Source: Chrysomallon squamiferum (Eukaryota > Animalia > Mollusca). Taken from it: a DNA stretch of 64,000 nucleotides. The notes under the pieces are model-generated. The model searched no databases. It was not told where the DNA came from and worked only from the letters and a program-made list of their open reading frames with translations. The DNA is taken from positions 42,098,001 through 42,162,000 of the forward strand of contig CM022665.1 of assembly GCA_012295275.1 (NCBI GenBank), written 5' to 3'. This document shows, piece by piece, positions 44,129 to 53,863 of this stretch (its first letter is position 1; the number at the start of each line of letters is the position of its first letter). A program made the translations under genes and the position numbers.

Positions 44129-46133
44129 CTTGTAGTTCTGATAAATATGTATCAGAGACTTTTGTTTGTTTTGGCAGCATTATGAGGATCAGATAAGTTG
44201 AAAATAAAATCTTCTTGATGACAGGTAGATGACAGAATACACTTACACAGTTTTGTTTATAAATCAAATCAGAAGACGTCTCTGAAAGCATTTGTCAAGT
44301 CATTTTAAGATTTGAATGTTGATAGTTTTGTATTATGGTTTTAAGTCTAAACATATGTGTTGTACATTCTGTTCTCAATGCTTTAATTTTAGCAACAACC
44401 TTGTTTTGTTTGTTTTTTATTTATTTTACTTTGTTTTTTAAATGATTTAAAATTTCCTTTAGACTGTTGTAGTAGCATGGCTTTTACACAGAAAATGATT
44501 TTTCATTTTACTTTTTTTTTTTTTTTTTTTTTTTGATTAAATAATTTATTAATTTCTTTTTTTTTATTTATTTATTGATAATTTTATTTATTTATTTGTT
44601 TTGTACTTGTTTATTTATTTTTTATATTTCTTAAAAACAGAAATATACCAAAGGTCTCCAGATTATAATAAAAGAGATTGTTTACTAGAATGCATTGTTT
44701 TTATTTCAGAAATTTATTAGACTGTTTGAAAAGTTAATATTAACATATATAACAGTTAGAAAAAAAAAACACACCTCTTAAATGTACTATATATTTTTTT
44801 AATTTCATACTTTATTGTTAGTTAAGATTGTGATGAAGAAATTTATTTCATATATTCAGAAAATCAATTGGAATTTTACATAAAACATATTTGAATTATT
44901 TATTCATATCCTTTAAACAAAAATTACATTAGGCAGACTGTTATTATAAGTTGCACCATGTGACAAGTGCTTTAGCTAGGAATCCCAGTTGACTGAGTTC
45001 ATCTGACAGAGCGATGTACAAAAGGTGGTTTAATCTACAGCATTGTTAGATCTGGCTTTGTTTTACTTCAAATACTGTTGTGTATGTTGGCAGTGGTGTG
45101 AATCAGGGGAAATGATTTGTTTCCAGTTTGGTTTATTTCTTCTGTTCTCAGTTCCACCAGTCAGTTCCAAGTCTTGTGTCCCTCAGAATAGAATCTGATT
45201 TTCATTGTCTCCCTAGACACACATCACTGTTTTTAGATGTGATGTAGCATATGTGCCCCACATATATGAAATAGAAAAAGAAAAAAATAAGTCATGTAGT
45301 ATGTCAATAAATATTGTCTGTTAGTCTGTCAGTAATAATAATAATGAGGATTATGATGATAAAAGTAATAAGAATAATAATAATGATGAAGATGATGATG
45401 ATAAAAGTAATAATAAGAAGAAGAAGAAGAAGAAGAAATTTACCAAAGACAGACAGAAAAACAGACAGACATATAGATAGATAGTTAAATAAATAAATAT
45501 AATGTAAAAATAAATAGTAACACTGGAGGTATTCATTTTTGTCTTGAAAATTACATCCACCATAATCATGATATCTAAATCTTTTTTTTTTTAAACTCAG
45601 AATCAATAGAAGCCCAAATAAATAATTTTATATAATAATTTTTGGTTATTAAATAAATAAATAAATAAATATATTTATACATACATACATACTTAAATAT
45701 AAAAACAAATAAATAAACTTATTCCATTTTTCTTGTCATGTAATAAAACTAACATTTTCTTATCATTTGATCTAATGCTGTGTGTATGCTAAAAAAGAAG
45801 TATGTGAATTTCATGAAAACAGTAAAAGTCATTTTTCAGTTTGTATCAGCATCCATCTTACAATGGGCTTTAAATTACTTGGATAATCATCTACACTGTA
45901 CTTGTTAGGTCAATGACATCTACGTTTTGTTACTAATAGTTATATAAAATAATTAAATTTACGTTTTGTAACTAATAGTAGTTTTATAAAATAATTAAAT
46001 CTACGTTTTGTTACTAATATCACAGTTTCATAAAATAATGACATCTACATTTTGTTACTTAAAGTACATTTAAAAAAAAAAATGTTAAAAGGAGAGACAG
46101 TGTGAAGAAGAAGGGAGGGAGAGAGAGAGAAGG

Positions 46134-46177
<44 letters not shown>

Positions 46178-49100
46178 GTATGCAAATATTTGTGAGAGCT
46201 AGTATATATGTACATATTTCAATGTGTGTGTAATTGTATATACATGGGTTGATGCATTTATATGTGCTTGATCATATATGCAATGCATGCCTGTGTCTGT
46301 GTATATGTATATATGAAATATAACATAGAATATAATTAACAAAAATAGTAAAATATTTTAAAAATATTTATTGATTCTTTTTGAAGAATATTGCTTTGTG
46401 TTTGTTGTTTGTTTGTGTTTTTTGTTTTTTTTAAATACTAGGATGATCCTGATAAACTTTGGGAAATTACAATTTCATTCTTACTTATTATTTTAAAATA
46501 ATTATTTTTATAATGATCTTTTAATAATTTTTTTATTTTTTTATTTTTATTATTCAAGTTTACTGTTATGTAATGTAAGACACTTGTAACAGAATCTTGA
46601 AGTATAGCTGAAATGAATGGGGTTTTTTTTATGATTATTTTTTTATACCGAAGATTTTTGCTAGATCATTTTATGTTTAACTTATTAAATGTTAAATTTA
46701 GACACTTTATTAATTATAGTTACATAATTAAAGGAAAATTAAAAAAAAAAAAAAAAAAAAAAATAATAATTCTATTTTAACAGTTTCATTTATTACATAA
46801 ATTCTATATTTATTTTAAATTGGAGAGGAAAACTATTAAAGCTGGGTTGTTATTTTATTTTATTTTTTATAATTCCATACTTAATGAAATTTCTAAATAA
46901 TAATTATTAACCTTCTGTCACTTACACTGATAAATATTTCTGTATAAATTTTATTTATTCTTATTTTTAAAATTAGTGTGATGAAAGGAACCTGTTATAT
47001 TTTGTTCCTTTTTTTTTAATTACAGTTCCTAGTTTAATGAAATTTCTAAATAATGATCATTATCTTTTAATAATTCCACTCTTTCATATGAAAGAATGTT
47101 TCTTTATGATTTTATATTTTATATTTTTTAAATTAGGGTCGTGATGGAAAGCTTTTAAATGTTAACTGTTTTTTAATTACAACTGCATATTTAATGAAAT
47201 TTCTAAATAACATTTATTACAATATAATAAATATTATTTTAATAAATTTACCGATGCATACTAAAGAATTTTGTTTTATTATTTTGTACATATTTTATTT
47301 TTTTAAATCAGAGTTACAAATGAAAGCCATTAAATCTCAACTGTTATTAATTATTATAATTAAATACCTGGTGAAATTTCTAAATAATATTAATATCTTT
47401 ACTGATTCATACTCGAGAACATTATTATATAATTATTTTCATTTATTTTTTAAATTAGGGTGATAAAGGAAAACTAGTAAATCTAGATTGTTCTTCTACT
47501 CGATATGGATGTTGTCCTGATGGGGTGACTACAGCAAAAAGTTTCCATCACCAAGGATGTCCAGTTTCTTTCACTGGTAAGTACTTGTAATACTGTACTA
47601 TGTCTTACTGATTGTTGGGATTTTGTTGTAGAAGAAAATTAGTTAATGAGGATGTGACAAATGATGAATATTTTTAGTGACGTATTTATTTATATAATGC
47701 AGGCTTTATGGATATTTGAAATTTTGTTTACTAGGAATGTGCATAAATAAATATGTAATATGCAGTACATAATACATTTTGTGTATTGTGTTTTCATATT
47801 TCGTTTTCTCTTTTTTCTTTCTTTTTTCTTCTTTTTATTTTTTCTTTCCCTTTTTCTTTTTTCTCTTTTTTTTTAAATTTTTTTTTTTTTTATTTGTTAA
47901 GGAGATGATAAAGAATGTTTTATAGGGGTTTTTTGTTCCATTTTTTCTTTTTCTTTTCCTTTCTTTTTTGTCTTCTACTTTTTTCTTTTTTTTTTTTTTC
48001 TTCTTTGTTATGGAGGTGATAAAGGATATTTTATACTGTTGTTGTTTCCTATTTTATTAATATAAAAAATAATAATAAAACTTTTATTTATTTATTATTA
48101 TTTTTATTTTTTTTTATTCTTCTGTTTTTCATTCATTATCTTATTCCAATTAAGTACCAATTCAACAGAAAATTTTAGTTTTTTCTTCTAATTTTTATTC
48201 CTCTGTTATTCATTTATTATCTTACTACCTGACTTAGTAAAGACCTGATTAAAACCTAAATAAAATGGAATCGCAGTTTTATTGTCTAAACACCTAATCT
48301 AAACCTAATACACTGGCACAATCAGACTGAAAAGCCATGTTTTATTTCAGCGTCTCTGGCAGTAGGCAAGATAACTGTAGAACCAAGTATAGACTCGCAG
48401 ATATAGTCGACAATACAATTACTGTTTTCACTCCTGTATTTTGGGACTTTGTTAACTTTTTCCAGAGATAGGTGTGCCTTCTATTAGTAAATCACAGTGT
48501 CTGCAGCCCTACTTTCTTAATATCTTTCTTTTTTTTTTTTTTTTTTTTTTTTGTAACCATAGCTTGTGTTAACCTTTGATCGTGAAAATACCTCTTAGTA
48601 ATTAATTGGGTTTCTCGCTGAATGTAACCGTCCAGCAGAGAAAGCTTTTACAGGTATTACATACACCTGACTTACCTGTGAAAGGGCAGAGGTGGGGCAT
48701 TTTTTTTTTTTAAATGAAAGAATATTTATGTATTTTTTCATTATTATTATTTTATGTTATTTTTATTACTGTTATTATTTTGGTATAGTTTTGTTATTTT
48801 TGTTGTTATTATTATTATTGCTGTTATTATTATTATTATATTTTTAATAGATATTTTTATTTATTTATTTATTTACTGTTTTTTATTTATTTTACCCAGA
48901 AAATACAAGGTAACTACATCAGATACATAACATATAGTTACACTTGTAAACCAGTTTTTAACTTGGATTTATACGTTAAAAAACTGAATAGCTATACAGA
49001 AAATACAAGGTAACTACATCAGATACATAACATATAGTTACACTTGTAAACCAGTTTTTAACTTGGATTTATATGTTGCAAAACTGAATAGCTATACAGA

Positions 49101-49589
49101 AAATACAAGGTAACTACATCAGATACATAACATATAGTTACACTTGTAAACCAGTTTTTAACTTGGATTTATACGTTACAAAACTGAATAGCTATACAGA
49201 AAATACAAGGTAACTACATCAGATACATAACATATAGTTACACATGTAAACCAGTTTTTAACTTGGATTTATACGTTACAAAACTGAATAGCTATACAGA
49301 AAATACAAGGTAACTACATCAGATACATAACATATAGTTACACATGTAAACCAGTTTTTAACTTGGATTTATACGTTACAAAACTGAATAGCTATACAGA
49401 AAATACAAGGTAACTACATCAGATACATAACATATAGCTGCACTTACACTTCACTGTTTCATGTGTGTTTTAACTGCCACAGCTGCAAGGTACTTAAGTT
49501 ATGAAATCATTAAGTTTCTTTTACTAATTCCTAAGTTTATTTACTTTAAGTAAAGTGCTTTCAGAAATATGATGTGGTGTTCTTTTTTT

Positions 49590-49621
<32 letters not shown>

Positions 49622-51959
49622 TTCTTTTTTTTTTTAAATATGTGTTCCAGAAGTTAACATGCATGAACATGCAAACCTGCAAGAAAAATAAAGAGAGAAA
49701 AAATATTTTTTCAGTTGTAATCGGATCTCGCACAGAACAAATTATCAGCTTGTTCTGTCTGAGTTAGATTATAATGCATATTTCTTTTTATATGCTTGCA
49801 CTGGAATTCTTCTGTCATGAAAGACAATAAAAACAAGATTGGAAATGCTGATGAACTTTAAACGCTGGTGAATGAAACCCTCCCATGTTTAACCTGCTAG
49901 ACATTTGTTGAACCACTAGCAGTGCCACGAAAATAGGAGCTATCAAAGGTGATTGAACTTCGGAAATAGAGATATCACTTATCAGAACTGTTAATAAGAT
50001 GTTCCCAAACACAATGGGAGTGAATTGGGGTGGGAATGGGGGGGGAGTGGGGGAAGAGAATACACAAACCTCAGCATATTTTTTAATTTTTATTTTTAAC
50101 GATTTGCATTTCCCCCGTGATTTTAATAAGAAAATATTAGACTGCGACTATAATGCTGAAATTACAATACTGTTTTTGTTGTGGGTGTGGAGGTCTGATC
50201 CAGACAGATTATTTTAAAATAACATGCTGGAATGCAAAAGTCTGAAATAAAAGAAATATGAAAACTGGAGTGCTTTTGTAACATTTTTTTTTTTTTTTTT
50301 TTTTCATGCACAGTATTTGGAGATAAAGTACACAATGAACTGTAGTCTAGAAAATGTTTAATAATTTATTACTGTCTACCATTTTAAGTTTTATTTTAAG
50401 AAGAGATATTAAAATTATTTAAATTTATATGTATTCTATTAACACAAAATACCTTTCAAACCTGCTTCCCCCACTGTAAAATAAACTAAAATTAAACAAA
50501 ACTTCAAAGAAGCCATTCATAATTCATTTCCACCTGTCTGAAAAATACATTTTCATCAAATCAGCCAGTGCAGAAATATATTTTAAAAATAAACAAGTGG
50601 TTTGAAGAATACACATAATTAATTTTTTTAAACACCTGTCATTTTTTTTTTTTTTTTTCCTATTTATCTTTTTCATTTATTTTACCTTTTTGTGTGTCTA
50701 AATTATTTAATTTTCACCCACTGTTTTTATGGTACTTGAGAGCACTCGAGTTCTCATAATGAGAAACAAAATAAAAATAAAAATCTCCATCAATCTTGAA
50801 CTATCAGTTCACAGTGGTCACTTGTGGAGGAGTCAAAAGTGGAGCACAGACTTGAATTATTAATGATAAACTGATAGGAAGCAAGCATTGTCGTGTGATA
50901 AATCTGCCCAGTGTATTGTCCAGCTCCAGCGAGCCAAGTCAGTGGACGTGACTGACCACTTGCAAAAGCAGCTCGAGTATGACCACGAATGATAAAAGCA
51001 CAAAGCTGCTCTAACAAGTGACACTTTCACTAATAAGTTGTGTACTCGGGGTCTTCTAATCCAGCCAACCCACCCATGAGCACACACAGGCGAAGAAAAT
51101 AAAAAAATATAAAATCTTTACTTCATTCATGCAGCCAGCTCATCATTCTAAATACATCCTTATATTTCTCATTCATTTTTATTTTATTTATTCTTATTAT
51201 TATTATTTTTTTTTTTTTCTCTCATTTCTTCTCCCTGGCTGACTGGTTATTTATTCAGAGCTGTTATAGCAAGGAAACTTATGATGTTAAGATCCTCACC
51301 TTTCATTGTGAGCTTTCGACAGAGAGGTACAGTGTATATGTGTGTGTGTGTTTGTATATATATAATACATACAGCCTATGTCTGTCTCTCTCTCTCTCTC
51401 TGTATGATAGCCACTCACTAATGTGAGCATTCACTGTCTGCAGTGTTGTGAGGCATGCAGGGAGGTGGTTTCACTCTGTGAATGAGTGGGGATAGCTTAA
51501 TCTTCACTTTGCTCTCACTTCTCTCCACGATGGCCCAAGCCCTCGTACCTGCGATGGTGTCACTGGCAATCTGTCGTCTGCCGTCCGACACAGGTCCCTG
51601 CGACTCCTACAGTGTCAAATGGTTCCACGACCAGCGACTGGGGTCCTGTAACAGATTCTGGTACGGAGGCTGTGAGGGAAACAAAAACAGATTCGATTCA
51701 GAGAATGAGTGTATTAAAGCCTGTGATACCGTGAAAGAGAAAATTATATTTGATGAAAAAAAGCAACAATCTAAATTTGCAGATAGATGCAGTTTGGAGC
51801 AGTCAAGAGGACCGTGTGGAAAGTACACATTGAAGTGGTATTTCGACTCGCAGACCAGCTCCTGTAACATGTTCTGGTACGGAGGATGTGGCGGGAATGA
51901 TAATCGGTTTGACACAGAAGAAGAATGTGAAAACAATTGTCTGAAGGACAGCGAAGAAG
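26124..51959 (+). CDS. PAPLN: Papilin-like gene, 5' part (14 coding exons joined; 3' end not found in window)
   Basis: Manual splicing gives one open frame of 2053 nt with matching phases at every GT-AG junction. Domain order is signal peptide, TSP1, ADAMTS Cys-rich, spacer, 3x TSP1, GCCPDG repeat, 2x Kunitz (FWYGGC.GN), with no metalloprotease domain. This is the papilin/lacunin/MIG-6 architecture. Confidence 0.9.
27074..27226. repeat. Degenerate direct duplication, about 82 bp x2
   Basis: GTAATACTTCAAGAAA...ATAACAATA..CGTTTTCTTTGTCAGT occurs twice. Confidence 0.85.
31461..31561 (+). CDS. PAPLN: Papilin exon: TSP1 repeat 1, N-half ([33 protein letters not shown])
   Basis: tttcag| acceptor, WxxW and CSRTCGGG motifs, donor AA|GTATGA, phase 0-2. 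Confidence 0.95.
32237..32294 (+). CDS. PAPLN: Papilin exon: TSP1 repeat 1, C-half ([20 protein letters not shown])
   Basis: tttcag| ... CAG|GTAAAT, phase 2-0, C.G......CNT motif. Confidence 0.93.
32931..33039 (+). CDS. PAPLN: Papilin exon: ADAMTS Cys-rich domain ([18 protein letters not shown]...DWVPHF)
   Basis: tttcag| ... G|GTGAGT, phase 0-1, DFR.EQC motif. Confidence 0.95.
33479..33615 (+). CDS. PAPLN: Papilin exon: Cys-rich domain ([14 protein letters not shown]...KVVDGTQC...ICVAGVCQ)
   Basis: ttttcag| ... CAG|GTGAGA, phase 1-0, VVDGT.C and ICV.G.C motifs. Confidence 0.95.
34940..35225. repeat. Degenerate tandem repeat containing copies of the 35210 acceptor
   Basis: TTATTTTTCAG(A/C)CAGTT at about 35025, 35127 and 35200; AAATATTAAAAATAA recurs three times. 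Confidence 0.8.
35211..35334 (+). CDS. PAPLN: Papilin exon: end of Cys-rich domain ([28 protein letters not shown]...)
   Basis: ttttcag| ... G|GTGGGT, phase 0-1, VGCD and DKC.VCGGDGS.C motifs. Confidence 0.95.
35762..35842 (+). CDS. PAPLN: Papilin exon: ADAMTS spacer start ([27 protein letters not shown])
   Basis: ttgcag| ... G|GTGAGT, phase 1-1, GY....IP.GA..I.V motif. Confidence 0.93.
36434..36600 (+). CDS. PAPLN: Papilin exon: spacer ([13 protein letters not shown]...FAGTVFKY...[12 protein letters not shown])
   Basis: tttag| ... GTG|GTAATA, phase 1-0, Y.LNG, AGT.F.Y and GP..E.L motifs. Confidence 0.93.
37319..37457 (+). CDS. PAPLN: Papilin exon: spacer end and TSP1 repeat 2 start (...VHYEY...[17 protein letters not shown])
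   Basis: ttcag| ... CAG|GTAAAT, phase 0-1. Confidence 0.93.
38208..38352 (+). CDS. PAPLN: Papilin exon: TSP1 repeat 2 C-half ([40 protein letters not shown]...)
   Basis: ttgcag| ... AG|GTATAC, phase 1-2. Not in the ORF track in this frame; translated by hand. Confidence 0.92.
38770..38990. repeat. Degenerate direct duplication, about 115 bp x2
   Basis: CATTAAAATATTT...AAAACT...TTTGTTAAAG.TTGT...TTATTTTTCTGAA...TCATATTT occurs twice. Confidence 0.7.
39104..39317 (+). CDS. PAPLN: Papilin exon: TSP1 repeat 3 and start of repeat 4 ([17 protein letters not shown]...[10 protein letters not shown])
   Basis: tttcag| ... GAG|GTATAA, phase 2-0, CSVTCG motif. Confidence 0.95.
40124..40315 (+). CDS. 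PAPLN: Papilin exon: TSP1 repeat 4 ([16 protein letters not shown]...[19 protein letters not shown])
   Basis: ccacag| ... GAG|GTGAGA, phase 0-0. Confidence 0.94.
40440..40950. repeat. Highly degenerate AT-rich minisatellite (about 40-bp unit)
   Basis: Recurring A(A)GATATGAATATTTTTGATAGTAAGAATTGTTTT variants. Confidence 0.7.
41450..41476 (+). CDS. Candidate 27-nt frame-preserving micro-exon of papilin (RTKKPQVVM)
   Basis: tttcattcacag| acceptor, ATG|GTAAGA donor, phase 0-0 inside a phase-0 intron, no stop. Confidence 0.5.
45912..46062. repeat. Minisatellite, about 40-44 bp unit x4
   Basis: (A)TCTACGTTTTGTTACTAATAGT...ATAAAATAAT repeated. Confidence 0.85.
46800..47490. repeat. Degenerate tandem repeat (about 150-175 bp unit, 4-5 copies) ending in the real acceptor at 47458
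   Basis: TGAAATTTCTAAATAA near 46885, 47038, 47195 and 47372; AAATTAG-like junction words at 46817, 46970, 47130, 47305 and 47452. Confidence 0.8.
47459..47576 (+). CDS. PAPLN: Papilin exon: invertebrate papilin Cys-rich (lagrin-type) repeat ([39 protein letters not shown])
   Basis: ttttttaaattag| ... G|GTAAGT, phase 0-1, C....YGCCPDG.T.A......GC signature. Confidence 0.9.
48897..49437. repeat. Tandem array, exact 100-bp period, about 5.4 near-identical copies
   Basis: AAATACAAGGTAACTACATC recurs at 48901, 49001, 49101, 49201, 49301 and 49401, with only a few substitutions between units. Confidence 0.98.
51540..51959 (+). CDS. PAPLN: Papilin exon: two tandem Kunitz/BPTI domains (5' boundary uncertain; in-frame ATG at 51482)
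   Basis: Two complete 6-Cys Kunitz domains with FWYGGC.GN.NRF; donor G|GTGAGT, phase 1. The only phase-1 AG within the ORF upstream of the first Cys is cccaag| at 51539. Confidence 0.9.
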
Positions 51960-52029
51960 GTGAGTACTCGTTTTTTAACTTGGTATTTCCTTTAACACTT
52001 TTTTTTTTTTTTTTTTTATTTTTTTATCT

Positions 52030-52300
52030 TGTTCAGTTTTAATGTAGCTTTTATAATAGATATTTCGTTTGACATGTTTTGTATGCGGTTTTAATCTTTT
52101 TTTAATTTTAAATACTGTTTTAAGGTAATTTTTAAAATAGATGTTTCCTTAGCATTTTTTTTTGTGTGTGTGTTTTTAATCTTTTTATTTTTGAGTTTTA
52201 AGTTCATTTTAAAAGTAGATGTTTCATTTAAAAACTTTTTGTGTGTGTTTTAATCTTTTTATTTTTAAATACAGTTTTAAGGTAAATTTTAAAATAAAGT
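52030..52300. repeat. Degenerate tandem repeat, about 80 bp unit
   Basis: GTTTTAATCTTTTT...GTTTTAAG.T.ATTTTAAAA.TAGATGTTTC repeated 3-4 times. Confidence 0.7.
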
Positions 52301-52352
52301 AAAACAGAGATGTAAAACAGAAATGAGAATGGTATTTCTAAACTTTGTGTTA

Positions 52353-52383
<31 letters not shown>

Positions 52384-53808
52384 ATATTGTTATTGTTGTT
52401 ACTGTTTTAATTTATAATCAATATAAATTAAAAAAATTCTAAATTCTATATTAAAAATATATCTATACTTTTATAGTATATTTATACTTTTAAAATATAC
52501 ATATATATGTGAGTGTCTTTATGTCTGCCTGTGTGTTTATGAGTGTGTACACCTTTCTGAGTGTGTTTAGAACAATTACAAAAATAAATTAGCAAAATAA
52601 AAATAATATAAATAAAAACAAAAGAAGAGAGATAATTACTTACAGTCTGACTTTTCACACTTTAGTAAAAACTTGAACAAATGCACATTTGTTAAAAAAA
52701 AAAAAAAAAAAAATTGTTGTAGACTGAAATGTTGTGATTTATATATATAATGTGACTTTTATATTTTTTGTAAGCTTTGATTTCTGATGTTATTGCAAAA
52801 TATACTTTCCCTTTAATGTTATTTTTATATGTAGGATGAAATGGAATAGTTATTCAGTAACATTATAAACTTCATTTGCTTTCCACAGAAAGATGAAATA
52901 TTTACCAAGACCATTTTTCTTTTTATTTATTTATTTTTTTTTTTTTATTTTTTATTTTTTTTTTTTTTTTTTTTACCACTTTTTTAACTTTTGATTTTAG
53001 ATAGAGAATGAGATAAAATAATTTCATTTAATGCTAACTGCATAATTTGTGTTTATTTTTTTGAGATTTAAGTATGTTTTAAGTAGTATATTAAGGAAAA
53101 TAAATTATTGATAACAAATGACATATACTGTCTATTGTACAGAGTTCAGAACTAACATAGGAATGTTATCTTTATTATTATTATTTTTTTTTATTTACTA
53201 AAATTAATAAAGTAGGCTAAATAATAATAATAATAATAATGCATTTAAATAGATTCTAAGCAAAATATTCTGTAACTAGATTTATCCATATTCAAAACTG
53301 TTCACTTCAACGTGATAATCAAAGCCCATTAATTCATGTTGAATATAAAACTAAACATTCCCTTCTTGTGTCATGTATTGCTGTTAAGAGCAAGTCAAAG
53401 ATTAGTGCTGTGGCAGTAAACATGACAAGTTAATTTAATGTATTTTATCATCACCTTGTCTGTGCAGCATAACTTGTATCTTATGGGTATAATTCTCAGT
53501 TTTAATGGCTGCTGCATATAATATATATTAGTTATACATCATCACTTTATTACTGTGTGGGTGAGCATTTCCTGGCTTGATAATCATTTGATTATTTTAT
53601 TCTGTTACAGTTATCTTGAGCCTATTTTTATCTGTTTGTTTGGTTGTTTGTTTGTGTGTTTGTTTGTTTATTTTCATTAGTAGTAGTAGCAGCAGCTGAT
53701 ACTGTAGTAACAGTAGTAATATATTATTATACGATTATTATTAGTTATTTATATTACTGCCTTCATTATCAAAAACATTATTATTATTAATATTTTATCT
53801 CCATCACA

Positions 53809-53863
<55 letters not shown>

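Noticed and set aside
47487-47576. Alternative start of the GCCPDG exon at atctag|
   Set aside because: Phase 1 is incompatible with the upstream phase-0 donor and there is no pyrimidine tract; 47459 fits.
48897-49437. 100-bp array as a CRISPR array
   Set aside because: Units are contiguous and near-identical with no unique spacers; the context is a eukaryotic intron with no cas genes.
51607-51936. 109-aa minus-strand ORF (also 39111-39293 and 40076-40267)
   Set aside because: Antisense shadows of real coding exons.
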